NCBI RefSeq assembly: GCF_046119375.1
Contig: NW_027362765.1
Coordinates: 232,438,001 to 232,502,000, forward strand
DNA from: Phyllobates terribilis
Lineage: Eukaryota
Direction: 5' to 3'
DNA: 64,000 nucleotides
Of this stretch, positions 33,322-57,070 are shown piece after piece (the stretch's first letter is position 1; every line of letters begins with the position of its first letter). The notes beneath the pieces are model-generated. The model had not been told where the DNA came from and made no database searches. It worked only from the letters and a program-made list of their open reading frames with translations. Made by a program: the position numbers and the translations under genes.

Positions 33322-33853
33322 GAATAGAAAAAAAGGGAAATGAAGTCTTAACGGTTGGTACAAAAATATAACAACTTTATTGATACAAAAAATACACATT
33401 TAAAAGTCTGCAAGTGCAAGGGATGTGTGTACAAAAGAATGGCAATACCGAAAAGCAGCAGGGACACATAGAGGTAGAGAATCGATCAATCAATCCTGCG
33501 TTTATCAGAATGCATGGGACTCGATAGGGATAGATGGAGAGGAACAGTAGTATGTCACAAGAGATAAATATATAAACAATATTGTAAAGCTTAGTGCTCT
33601 ATCTCCTGCATGATATAGTGCAATCATATAGGCAGTAATGCTCGTCTCCTAGAGCCCACAGCTCAATGATATAGCTGTGCCTTATCATAATCGATCCCCC
33701 TAAGTACCCCATGAACGTCCATGTATATCAACAAAATCATTACCTCAAAGTATAAAAATGTGCCCCACCAGGTGGTAAGAAGGACTAGTGCCTCTCCCTC
33801 CCGACGCACGTTTCGCAGGGAACACGTCCAGCTTTCTCAAGGGAAGGAAGGTG
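33322..33853 (-). mobile_element. Probable Penelope-like non-autonomous insertion
   Basis: It interrupts a sequence that is contiguous at 34903-35040 (33250-33320 plus 33855-33937 form the split copy) and carries a hammerhead-like motif at its end. No RT visible. Confidence 0.5.
33794..33849 (-). ncRNA. Candidate minimal type I hammerhead ribozyme (U3:A8 core variant)
   Basis: Minus strand UUCCUUCCC-UUGAGAA-A-GCUGGACGUGUUCCCUGC-GAAA-CGUGCGUC^GGGAGGGAG: 9-bp stem I, G10.1-C11.1 stem II, quasi-palindromic stem III, GUC cleavage triplet ending at 33803. Confidence 0.62.
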
Positions 33854-34089
33854 AGAAATATACATATAGCACAATGCCAAAGATTTCACTTACTTCTTCC
33901 ATTACATAAGTGATATCTATTGTAAATTCAACAATACCATACAGCAGAGGGGATTTAGGTGATCTAGGGCCACAGGTTTCAGGGTTTCACTACCTGTAGT
34001 GTTCGAGGTAAAATGGATATTGATAAATGTACCCTACCAGTAGAAACTGTCCTCAGCAGTGTGCACTTTACAAAAGCCATTTTCCTCCT

Positions 34090-34600
34090 ATATAGTCCTC
34101 CATACAGTATTATGGGCACCACATAGTCATCCATACAGTATTATGGGCACCACATAGTCCTCCATACAGTATTATGGGCACCAGATAGTCCTCTATACAG
34201 TATTATGGGCTGCAGATAGTCCTCCATACAGTATTATAGGCACCACATAGTGCTCCATACAGTATTATGAGCACCACATAGTCCCCCATGCAGTATTATG
34301 GGCACCACATAGTCCTCCATACAGTATTTTGGGCACCACATAGTCCTCCATACAGTATTATGGGCACCACATAGTCTTCCATACAGTATTATGGGCACCA
34401 CATAGTCCTGCATATAGTATTATGGACCCCGTATAGTGCTCCATACAGTATAATGGGCCCCATATATTGCTCCATTCAGTATAATTGTCCGAATATAGTG
34501 TTCTATACAGTATAATGAGCCCCACATAAGTGCTCCACACAGTATACTGGCTCCCATATATTGCTCCATTCAGTAAAACAGGCTCCATATAGTGCTTCAT
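34090..34600. repeat. 31-bp minisatellite (CATAGTCCTCCATACAGTATTATGGGCACCA), ~11 good copies and then diverged
   Basis: Tandem copies directly visible. Confidence 0.92.
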
Positions 34601-34865
34601 ACATAAAAAATAAATAATCAAATAATCACCTCTTCCTGTTTCCCCACTGCTCCAGTCTCTTCAGTGTCTTCTGAGGCTCTGCACTGTTCAGCACAGAGGG
34701 CGCACTGTAGTGACGTCATCGTGCCCTCTGCGCTGAGACGTCACAAGAACTCAGATGCAGAGGGGGAATGATGGGAGAATGAGCATCAGCTGACGCCCCT
34801 CTCTTAAACAATTGAACTGAAACAGTTGAAAGTACAGTGCAGCGGGAGGGGGGGGGGGGGGCGGA

Positions 34866-36235
34866 CAGGGCCAGCTCAAGGTTTATGTGGGCCCTGGGCG
34901 AAAGAGTCTCAGTGGGCCCCTTTAACATATACCACGATTTATGATGCACAGATACCGCAGAGAAATATATATATAGTACAATGCCGAAGATTTCACTTCT
35001 TACATTACATGAGCGATATCTATTGTAACTTCTACAATAACTCAGAAACCGGCGAATTCTCTCAACACACAGTGCAGACCGGACAGTATAGCTCCATGCA
35101 GAATATTGATCCCCATATAATGCTCCATACAGGATACTGGTCCCCATATAACGCTCCATACAGGAAACTGGTCCCCATATAATGCTTCATACAGGATACT
35201 GGCCCCCATATAACGCTCCATAGAGGATACTGGCTCCCTTATAACGCTCCATACAGAATACCAGAATACTGGCTCCCACATAATGTCCCATGCATGATGT
35301 CACTCCCCCTTATAATGCCCCATGCAGGATGTCATCTCTCCCCCTATATAATGCCCCATGCAGGATGTCACCTCTCCCCCCCTTATAATGCCCCATGCAG
35401 GATGTCACCTCTCCCCTCCCATATAATGCCCCATGCAGGATGTCACCTCTCCCCTCCCATATAATGCCCCATGCAGGATGTCACCTCTCCCCCCCATATA
35501 ATGCCCCATGCAGCATGTCACCTCTCCCCCCCATATAATGCCCCATACAGGATGTCACTTTCCCTCATATAATGCCCCATACAGGATGTCACTTTCCCTC
35601 ATATAATGCCCCATGCAGGATGTCACCCCCCATATAATGCCCCATACAGGATGTCACCTCTCCCCCCATTATAATGCGCCATGCAGGATGTCACTTGTCC
35701 CCCCCTATATAATGCCCCATGCAGGATGTCACTTGTTCCCCCCCACCATATAATGCCCCATACCTCCATACATATATATAAAAAAAAATCAAATACTCAC
35801 CTCACTTCTCACCTGCTACAGCTGCTCTGGACTCCTCACCTACGCCGGCTCTACGCTGTGACGGCTCAGGAGAGAGCGCGGTGTAAAGACGTCAACGCGC
35901 CCTCTGACCTGAGACGTCACAGTGCAGCAGCCTCGGAAGAAACCGGAGCTGCTGCGAAGGCACGGGGAGAGGTAAGTATTGAGCCGGGGTCCTGAGCAAG
36001 CGGGGAGGAGCGGGTTCTGACACCGGCACCGCACCGCCCACGAGTCCCATAGCGCGCCAAGGTGCCCGATGGTGAGTGGGCCCCCCCGCCTGCTCAGGGC
36101 CCGGAACTTGCCCGGGTGCGCCGGGTGCTGACGCCGGCCCTGGGGGGGGGGGGGGGTATGCCACTGAGTGGGCCCCCCCGTTTGTCCAGGGCTCTGGCAG
36201 GTGCCCGGATACCCCGGGTGGTGACTTCGGCCCTG
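34866..36235. mobile_element. hAT-like non-autonomous element containing minisatellites
   Basis: CAGGGCC...GGCCCTG termini; a second left-end copy at ~33222. No matching TSD found. Confidence 0.5.
35100..35760. repeat. Two adjacent ~31-33-bp minisatellites (CCCCATATAATGCTCCATACAGGATACTGG and CCCCATATAATGCCCCATGCAGGATGTCACCTCTC)
   Basis: About 6 and about 15 tandem copies visible. Confidence 0.9.
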
Positions 36236-36533
36236 ACCTTGTGTTTGATTCCATCCTTTGACCAATTTCTCACCCTCTTGTTAAGTGATAATAGAGGAGT
36301 AGTCCTAAAGAGCTACTCCCCAATAGCAAATTGGATGGGCCTCCTCTCTTTAAAGGACCCATGGAACTGCATGTGTTTCGCCAATAGCATATGCTTCCTT
36401 CCTATTCTGTAACAAGGGCCGTAAGAAAGAAGACAATGATAGACTGAATAAAATCAATCATGTTAACTTTTCTTTATACAGCTGAAAGTACACCACTACT
36501 GTACTATTTCTTTAACAGGTACAAAAAGTGTAA

Positions 36534-37606
36534 GGCCACATGCACATCTTCAGTATTTGATCAGTATTTTACCTCAGTATTTGTAAGCCAAAACCAGGAG
36601 TGGGTGATAAATACAGAATTTGTGTAGCATCGGCGTCTCTGCCTCCTGCCGGGCAGAGACGCGGTTCCCCTCACTGCCACGGCCCTGGTCCGGTGTCTTC
36701 CGGCTCCCGTCCTGCAGCTACTGTAGCGCGCACTGCACGCAGCTTCCCGGGCCCTGTACTTAGGGCGCGCGTGCTCCCTCCTTCTTAAAGGGGCCGCGCG
36801 TGCCGTCCTAAAAAGTCCCCGGCCAATGGCCGGAGGACTTCCCCTATTTAAAGCACCTCCTCCAATATGGAGGTGCCTGTGCAATGGTTGTTGCTCTGTG
36901 TTGCTTCAGCCCTCAGGTCCCTCTGTAAGTCAGTCCTGTCCGCCAGTCTGTTCTTCAGTCCAGCCCACCAGTCTGACTACTATCCAGCCCGACAGTCTGT
37001 CTACAGTCCAGTCCGTCAGTCTGTCTATGGGCTCTGCCCGCCTGCTTACCTCGAAGCACCTGCCAGTTACCTGCCATGTCCACCAGCCTGCTTACCTGGA
37101 AGCACCTACCAGTTACCTGCCGTGCCCGCCAGCCTGCTTAACTGGAAGCACCTGTTACCTGCCGTGTCCCCCAGCCTGCTTACCTGGAAGCACCTGCCAG
37201 TTACCCGTTGTGCCCGCCAGCCTGTCTACCCGGAGCACCCGTCTGGTTATCTGCCGAATCAGCCTGCTTACCCACTTTACCGGTCTGTTCCTGCCATCTG
37301 ACCCATGGGAGTCACCTGCTCTCATACAAGGTCGGTCTCAGAGTGGCACCTGGTCCCCCTGCTCAGTCCCTCCCTGGTTCACGGAGTCGACTGAGCCACC
37401 GTGCGACCTTGGTCAGGCCGAGTAGGTACTTAGTCACACCCCTCTGGCCCCTCCTTGCACCGAAGCACAGAGGTTCCACCACCCGAACCCGTAACAAGTG
37501 GTGATGTGTTTCTATTATACTTTTCCTCTGACTTTTCCACTCCTGATTTTTGCTTACGAATACTGAGGTAAAATACTCAAAAAAATCTCAACGTGTGCAC
37601 GTGGCT
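36534..37606. mobile_element. Harbinger MITE family A, split by a solo LTR
   Basis: 36534-36619 plus 37497-37606 reconstitute a family A MITE. Confidence 0.75.
36623..37496 (+). mobile_element. Probable Gypsy solo LTR (~874 bp) with internal ~33-bp repeats
   Basis: TGTAG...GTAACA ends, TATTTAAA at ~36844, tandem CCAGTTACCTGCC...CCAGCCTGCTTACCTGGAAGCA units at 37040-37270. TSD is degenerate. Confidence 0.62.
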
Positions 37607-38900
37607 TTAGGGTCCCATGAGGGACTACACTTAAAGGGCTTTTCCAGTTTCGGAGAACCACTTTCCACCAGACTGCAGTTTGTTCTAATAGAATAAACTG
37701 TGCTTTACTTACCCTCACTGGGTCCGGCACTGCTACCGATGAATGTTATTGTCTGCAGTGGTGACATCATGTTGATGTGCTGCACCCTATCAGTGGCTTT
37801 GAATGCTCATTCATGGGTGAAATGATCTTTTGTGCAGCACAAAAAATCATTGTTCTTGATGGTGCATTGTCTTGTGTAAACAGGACTCGAACTGCAGAGA
37901 ACAAGGGTTCAGAAAAGATTGCTTAGTGTGCATTATTTAACGTTGTTTGCCTATGTAAACATAAGAATAAAAGTTTACCGATCGGCGGTTGTATCATACC
38001 TCCGCTCGGTCCATGTCCATGCCTAACAAACAGGCAATCCCCGCATGTGTTGCGTCTGTCTACTGTCGCAAATCATGCAGTCACAGGGAATCAAACACAT
38101 TATCAGAGCACGCCAAAGATACTCGGTTAACATTTGAGCATGCTCATATAACATGTTATCAGAGCATGTTCGCTCAACACTATTGGTGACCTGACTCAAG
38201 GGTTCAACCCTTTTTTGTCACAGTGTAGTGCCCTATTCTCTCATCTCCCTGACTCTCAAGGGTTAAGTCTTAAAGGGCGCTATCTCTCAAAGGTTTCTGT
38301 CCCACTCACACTTTACAGACACTCTATCTACATTAGGCAGCCATTCACTAAACTAACTAAGCCAACCATCTTACTGTATATACCCCATAGAACAAGACAT
38401 TTGAGGACTATGCTCCCAGGCTACATTTCAGGCATACAGGACAACCAGCCTTCAGCTGTAGGCAGAAAGGGATTCTCTCTACCTGATACGGGACTAGACT
38501 ACGAACTCCCCTGGTTTAAGCTCATTACCGTCACCTACCCTGGTTCTCCACCTGGTGACCATTCTCACAGTCCCTGCAGACTCACAGAGCTAATCAATGA
38601 GCTATCTCTACACCTCAGCCATTAGCTTGTAGGTGGAAGCCCACACAGAAACTCACAGGCCCACCACCTATATGGAACACTTCTATCAGTCCAAGATCTC
38701 TTCAGTCAGTTACTAGCTTACAACCCATTCTGTGACTCATTTACAAAGTTTTAGTTGGCAAGACTGACTGCCAACCTGTCTTTCACTCTAAGGTCAGTGT
38801 TCGGTCAGAGAGGCAATCTTCTCCTGCAGCTCCTCACAGGCCAATTAGTCATCACACTCAAACTTTGCAACCTTACAGTTACTATCCACCTAACATGTAG

Positions 38901-39596
38901 TGTCTCAGGTTTACTGCAACAGAAAGGAGCCAGAAGACTGCTCTATCTGATTATTCGTACTCCTGCACTGATTAGAAGCACTTCTCCTTCATATTAAATA
39001 GTGCAAGTTTCTTCTAGCAGTGCAGGGGTTAATCTGTTCAGTTGAGAGCTCCTGGAAGCTTTCCTGCTTTGATGCTCTCAGCTGTACAGTGTTGGCCACT
39101 CCCCTCTCCTATATATACTGCTTCTGGCAAGCAGGCATTGCCGGAGTTAGCTTCATGTTGCATGGTTCAGGAGCTGGAGGAGTTTTGTTGTCTGAAGAGG
39201 CTTTTGGTGTATTTATCTAAAGACTGTTGCCTTGTTTTAGTTGTGTGCAAATCCTCTTCTTCTCCTGTTTTGGTTTTTCCCTTCCTTCACTTCCTGGTGT
39301 TCCACTCTGTTGTTTGTGAGTGCACATTTGTGTGATTGTTTATTTCCTTTTTCTCTGTACGTATTCCTTTGTTAGTCTAGTTGGTGTATTTCCATACACT
39401 ACTACTCCCCTCTTCCCTGGGTGGGGGGAGGGAACAGACTAAGGGATTAATCAGGAATTCAGAAAGGTATGTGGCCCCGGCGTCTTCACCATTGGAAGTA
39501 ATCCGTGGAGCAGGGATAGCTAAGGTGCCCCCTAACGCTAGGGACAGGGAAGGAGCCTCTTGCCCCAAGATATCATCCAACAACAGAGTCACGACA
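38901..39596 (+). mobile_element. Gypsy-type solo LTR (696 bp)
   Basis: TG...CA ends, perfect 5-bp TSD TGTAG (38896-38900 and 39597-39601), TATATA at ~39110. Confidence 0.8.
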
Positions 39597-41334
39597 TGTA
39601 GGTTATTAACCCTCCACCAATATTCTAGTCTGGCATGCTATGCTGCACAATGTATCTATATAGCCCCTTTCTATCAGCTTTACCCCATACACCTATCATC
39701 CCCCAATCAGCACCAGGCTCCTCCTTTGCTTAGATAGGACAACACACCTTTTTTATTGTCCCCTAGAGGCCTCCCATTGCAATAGTCAACTCATAACAAG
39801 ATTCTGATACATTGATGCTGAAGGGCATCCAAGTTCATCTTGAAGATCTTGGAAAAAAACGTGTTACATTATTATGGTCTTTAAAGAGGACATGCAACAA
39901 AAATGATACACAGCGGTACATATTCTGCAACAGATAGGGGTTTCACTTTTTATACCTCACCAAGTACAAATCTTGTGCTACCTTATCAGTGACATTACAA
40001 ATACGCTAAAATTACTTTACCTTTCAGTGGAACTTGACCAAAAGCAAAGAAAACCATCTTGACTTCAATAAATCACCAGGGGAGGACATAAATAGATGAA
40101 TTGCCTCAAAGCAAGAATGAAATGGGGCTCTCCTGCTGTGGCAGGGTCATGTCACCATACTATCTTCATAACAGGACACATTCCTTTTTTGGTTCCCCTG
40201 CCCATCTATTCCAGAAGCAAAGGGATTTGGGTTGCATCCACCTCCCCTTTTTGTGATCAAGGAGAAGCAGTATGGGGCAACCTCTTTTGGGTATCCCTTC
40301 TTCACGGGATCTATAGCAGCTATCCAGTCTGTCTGTCTGTTATATTAGTCCATCACTCATTTGTGCCATCCTCCCATGCCTGGCATTGTGTGGCAAGAGT
40401 TGACATCTAGCCAACTCCTAGATAAGTTAAAACAAATACTATTAATACAAAAATCCTTGTCAAACAAGAAGATAGACGTAGTATTATACCCCACCTTGTA
40501 TATCTTAATACGGACTGACATATACATATACAGATTGGCACAATTGTAGACAAACATTGACAGGCACAGGATGAAACCATTCGAGACACATACGCTGACA
40601 GTTACATGTGAACAGAGGGATGTGCTCTTCCTTCTCCAGTAGACAGGCTGATTTTTACATTTCCTATTGTTTGTGCTGCTGCGTCCAGAAGTGTGGTTGT
40701 GTACTGCTGAGACAAGGTGTGTGGCTACGTATCGCTGAGTAAGGGTGGGCACGCTTGTGCGGTGCTGAGTAAGGGTCTATGTGGTTTTATGTTGCTGATT
40801 TAAGTCTTGTAACATTCTTTCTAATCTCACAATAAGTTGTGGTTTCTTTATGTTAAGGTGTGACCTGAGCAAAAGAGTAATGTTCTGAATGGACTTGACC
40901 TTAGTACGTTAGGTCATATAGAATAAACACAGAAATATACCCTTCATCCACAACATCTCTTTAAAGGGGTAGTGTAGAATAGAAGTTTAAGGGGGTTGAC
41001 AGATTCTGCTTAGTTTTTGAAGAGAGAGCACTAGAGGAATTTAACATTGGCATCACTGGTGCTGTGGGTGTTGGAATACTTTCTATCTTGGTCAGGGAAG
41101 GAGGACAAGAAGACAAAGCTTGGCCAACACTGGAGTGGGTTAGTATCAGGCACCTATACTGCACTCCTGAGGAATACAACTGCTACATGAGTTAAAGGAG
41201 TTGTCCCCAAAAATAGTATAGACGACCTATCCAATGGATAGGTCATCAATATTAGATGCATGGGTGTCCAACAGCTGGTACCCTCACAATCAGCTAAGCA
41301 AGACCACTAGAGCAATTTAACAATGGTATCACTT

Positions 41335-42240
41335 AGGGCTCTTTCACATATCAGTGTGTCCAGTACATGTGGTGACAGTTTCCACACGTACTGGAGACAC
41401 TAACATACGCAGACCCATTCAAATCTATGGTCTGTGCACATCTCAGTGTGTTTCCACGCACCGTATATCTGTGTGATCCATACAATGACATGTCCGTTTT
41501 TTGTGGATGCACAGTCCACGAAAGTGTCTCATGCTGAACACACACGGATGACATCTGTGTCATCAGTGTGACACGTACCGGCGCCTGGGAATCAGTGTAC
41601 TGTTAGCGCTGTTCCCAGGCGCTGGTGCTGAACACTGCCCTCATCATGGTTCCCTTCCGGGGCTGCGATAAGCACCAGCAGGGACAATGATGAGGGTAGT
41701 AGTTGTCTGCACCCGCTGTGTCCACCTTTAAAAATAAAATTAAAATAAAAAAATTCTCATACTCACCTAAGTGTCCCCCGCTGTAATCCATGTTACCGAT
41801 CAGCAGAGGAGCCGGGGAGAATGAGCTGCTCCAGCGAGTAGCCCCGGTATGCGCTCAGGAGCGGTGTCCTGTCACTCACTGAGCGCAGCTCCAGGGCCAC
41901 TTGCTGCATTGGCTCATTCTCCCTGGCTCCCCGTCGCCAGTGGTCAGAGGATTACAGAAGGGGGGAAATCTCTGGACAGGTGAGTATCTGAATTTTATTA
42001 TTTTAATCTTATTTTTACAGGTGGACCCAGCGGGAGCAGACTACTACTACCCTCATCATTGTCCCTGCTGGTGCTGATCGCAGCGCCGGCAGGGAACCAT
42101 GATGAGGGCAGTGTTCAGCACCCGGCGCTTGGGAACAGCACTAACTGTAGTGTTGATTCCCAGGCGCAGGTCCGTGTGATCCTGATGCGGCACATGTGCG
42201 GCACATGGTTGCCTGTGAGGGAAACCAGTCTTAGGATATT
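41335..42240. mobile_element. Fold-back MITE (Harbinger-like), right end truncated
   Basis: Inverted arms 41575-41710 / 42030-42165 around a palindromic core at 41760-41986. Left terminus TTAGGGCTCTTTCACA. Confidence 0.6.
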
Positions 42241-42559
42241 AGCACACTAATTTATTTTGGAACAGAAACTGAGTTTCCGTACAGTGGCACATGGAGTCTT
42301 TTTGCTGATTTTTTTTTTAGAAGAAACTGAGCAGAACTTCAAAGTTTTTCAGAGGTATTTGGACAATTTCCTCTCAGTTTCTGATTAGACTTTCTGCTCC
42401 AAAAACTCCTATGTGTGCACGTAGTCAGTTACCCAGAAAATAGACTTTTGGTGCACATACTCTAAAGCTGCAGAATCTGTCAAGTCAGCAGTCTTCTCCA
42501 TGATTGTGGAGCCTACTGAAACAGACTATGGGACCTTTTTTAATGCTTAGGAAGCCTTT

Positions 42560-42779
42560 GCAGGTGTTTTTTGTTAATTATTTTAATTTACTGAGATAAT
42601 GACTTTTGTGTTTTCATTGGCTGTAAGCCATAATCATCAACATTAACAGAAATAAACACTTGAAATAGATCACTCTGTTTGTAATGACTCTATATAATAT
42701 ATGAGTTTCACTTTTTGTATTGAAGAACTGAAATAAATTAACTTCTTGATGATATTCTAATTTAGTGAGATGCACCTGT
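42560..42779. mobile_element. Tc1-like terminal fragment
   Basis: Ends GAGATGCACCTG-TA with a typical AT-rich Tc1 inverted-repeat sequence (family recognised from memory). Confidence 0.5.
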
Positions 42780-43409
42780 ATGTTCCCACGATGAGTTGTT
42801 GGTGAGTCTTTTACGATGCGTATTTTCTAAAAAATGCAAGTAACCTATTTTTCTTAATGGGTGCAGAAATGGTGCAGAAAATCTGTAACATCAAAACTTA
42901 CCAAAAGCTCATCGTGGGAACGTAGCCCAAAGCATGGTGCAAAAATTGACTTTTTGGAGAGTTTCAAAAGCAGTAATTGAGCAGGCCCTCCAAGTTTTTG
43001 AGGAGTTTTGAATTTTTGAGAAAGATTTGGAGAGTTTCCACATAGATTCTTTTCAGTTTCTGCTCCAAAAACTCCACAAAAAGCTACATGTACATCGCTA
43101 TTTCCTCAAAAACTTAGAGATTCTGCTTCATTTTTGCTCAAAAGATGCGATGTGCACATACCCTTTTGCTACAGTTTTTTTTAGTTTATTTTAGTGTGCA
43201 TCCTCTTCCAAAATGCTTTAAGTTCCCTTAAGAAATGCTCAAGTAAAAGAGAAATGCCCCAGGAAAAGAGAAGTTTCGTTTTTGAACACTCCAAAAACCC
43301 TCAGTGTGAACATAGCCTAGGGGAAGCTTATTGTCGCTGATCTCCACCCTGACTACTAAATGATTGTCATGAATAGAGACCCCACCTTATTGGCTAAAAC
43401 ATTCTTTAA

Positions 43410-43602
43410 GCCACGTTCACACGTTCAGTATTTGGTCAGTATTTTAAATCAGTATTCATAAGCCAAAACCAGGAGAGGAACAATCAAAGGAAAAGTATAA
43501 TAGAAACACGTCACCACTTCTGTATTTATCACCCACTCCTGGTTTTGGCTTAAAAATACTGATGTAACATACTGACCAAATACTGAATGTGTGAACATAG
43601 CC
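43410..43602. mobile_element. Harbinger MITE family A
   Basis: Homologous to 5473-5668, TAA/TTA flanks. Confidence 0.8.
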
Positions 43603-44484
43603 TTAGGGTAAGTTCACGTGTTACAATTGTGCTGGGTTGTTTGGCCGGATTTATCTTTCTGTGAGTTTTATAGCTTGTAAAAATGGCATAAATGTCATAC
43701 TTTGGAGGTGAAAAAACAGATACCACCCGTACTGGAAATATGGGCATGTGAAGTAGGCCTTATATTTATACTGAGTTTCAGCTAACATCGCGCTACAGGA
43801 TTATTGCCACACTCAAATAAAAACCAGAGCAAAAAATAGCCTCACAAATTCTGGCATTTCTGGCATAATTTTCTGATGTGGCTCAGATGAAACGCCAAGG
43901 CCGCTGCCATTTATGGGTTCCTGACTGGATACAGTGGTCACATGATGTCCTTTGCCAGAAAGAAAGTGAGACGACTGGCAGGTGCACAGAAGAATGGCAG
44001 TGCTCCGGTAGACTATAGCCTTGTCCACACGTTGCGTTTTCGCCTCATCCTTTCCAGCGCATTTTTGCTGCGGACAAAAATGCAGCGTTTTAGTGTACCA
44101 GCAAAGTAAATGAGATTTCTGAAATCTCATACTCAAGCTGCTTCCTTTTTCCTTGCAGATTTGAACCATCAAAGCATTTTGCACATTCCCTATATCTGTT
44201 TTCTTTTATGACCGCAAAAGAAAAAGAGGGAAAAAACCCAATGGAAGAAGATTATGGGAGAAAATACTTTTTTTTTTTTACAAAGTTTATATATATATAT
44301 GTATGGTATATTGAAAAAAAATGTTGACATCTTTCCAAGCAAACATCTGATCGCAGTATTTTTGTTCTTCCCTATTGCCGGAAAATCTGGAGAAAAAAAG
44401 GCAGGAAAAAAAATCTATTAAAAGTGTTTTTTTTATACTCTGTATCATACAAGTATAATTAAAGATTCGTGTTCAGCCCATTTA

Positions 44485-44672
44485 GCCCACGTTCACACGT
44501 TCAGTATTTGGTGAGTTTTTCACCTCAGTATTTGTAAGCCAAAACCAGGAGTGGGTGATAAATCCAGAAGTGGTGACGTGTTTCTATTATACTTTTCCTC
44601 TGACTCCTGGTATTGGCTTACAAATACTGAGGTAAAAAAACCTCACCAAATACTGAATGTGTGAACGTGGTC
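44485..44672. mobile_element. Harbinger MITE family A, ~0.7 kb upstream of mmp9
   Basis: Homologous to 5473-5668, TTA TSD on both sides. Confidence 0.82.
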
Positions 44673-45079
44673 TTAACAGTATGTGTACCCAATGTCTTAA
44701 TTCCGACAGCAGATCCGCTGAGTTTGCCTAGTCACAGATGCTACATGAAAAAGTCGGCGGTCTTTATCCTGAAGCGACGTCACTGGTGGTTTTGCTATTG
44801 CTTTTTTTGGTGGCGTCTTCACCCTATATTTTCAGTTATACAGATTGGTTGGCTTCCAAATGAAGCCGCTCGAAGAATTAATATGTTACTTCCATTTACC
44901 GCTTCATGGTTTCCGAACCCTGAATTGATTAAAGAAGTAACAAAAGGCTGAATATGTGCTGAACGTGTGCATTATTGTGCACTAAGTTTGGCTTGTTTTT
45001 GTAGGGGTTTTACTGCGCTTTTTCAGGTGAAATTTTTCTGGGGAACAGAATTTCTGGCCGATGTTTTTGTTGCGTATTT

Positions 45080-45300
45080 CGTCAGGAAGTGACTCTACGC
45101 TGTTGACACAACAATGATGAAATGTCTGTCGTTTTTATTTTTAATCTGTGTGACACACTTACACCCCCTCCCCTCCATTCCTGCTGGTGTACAAGTGTGA
45201 CACACAGCTCCCCCTCCCCTTACATACCATGTGTTACAATCTTGTGGTCTGAGGTTTTCGTGATTCAGCCGTTAAGGTGTATATATATAGTTGAGATAAA
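45080..45300 (+). promoter_or_regulatory. mmp9: mmp9 proximal promoter
   Basis: TATATATATA at 45280-45289 (~75 nt before the ATG), AP-1-like TGATTCA at 45261-45267, ETS/AP-1-like AGGAAGTGACTC at 45084-45095, CACCC/GT-box at ~45162. Motif classes are as known for vertebrate MMP9 promoters. Confidence 0.6.
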
Positions 45301-45362
45301 CAGGAGCATGCAGACAGGAGACAAGGAAAGAAAAGGAGCTGGTTCTGGTTGTCACCTCGAGA

Positions 45363-56698
<11,336 letters not shown>

Positions 56699-57064
56699 AG
56701 CTGCAGTGAAGGTGCAGATTGGTTTACGAAGAGTTGGATGGGCAGATAGGAAAGGGTTAAACAGCTGTTTGATCAGAAGAAGTACGGTAGCTTCCAACGG
56801 GGAAATCTTTGTTTTTATATATGTGAACCTGAAAACCCACCTCTTCTTCACAGCAGATGTGCTCTTACAAGAACTGTAAATTTCAGGCACTGTAAACATG
56901 GTCTCCATGTTTAATCCCCCCCTAGGGACGTGTGTGTATGTGTGTGTGTCTATGTCTGCCTGGCGCAGGCTTTCCCGGAACTGTGTGACAGATGATGAGT
57001 TGTGGCAGTAGTGAAACGAGACAAGGTGACCTTTCAGAGATTTCGATAATATATTTTCTTTTCT

Positions 57065-57070
57065 AATAAA
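57065..57070 (+). terminator. mmp9: mmp9 polyadenylation signal
   Basis: AATAAA ~370 nt after the stop, followed by a T-rich tract. The 3' UTR includes a (TG)n run at ~56929-56950. Confidence 0.75.

Noticed and set aside
34090-35760. CRISPR-like appearance of ~31-bp repeats
   Set aside because: Head-to-tail tandem units with no unique spacers, no cas genes and a eukaryotic context.
36826-37425. 199-aa and 144-aa Pro/Cys-rich ORFs
   Set aside because: Translations of ~33-bp tandem repeats within a solo LTR.
38216-38895. Possible additional LTR left of the 38901 solo LTR
   Set aside because: It starts with TGTCA but no matching end or TSD could be defined.
40961-41179. 72-aa Ser/Pro/Thr-rich minus-strand ORF as a possible exon of a neighbouring gene such as znf335
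   Set aside because: No recognisable homology and no convincing splice pair, and it ends at a MITE terminus. I found no znf335 or slc12a5 exons, the expected mammalian neighbours, in the window.
43870-43900. CTGATGT...GAAACG hammerhead-like string
   Set aside because: The core lacks A9, and stems I and II cannot be formed.
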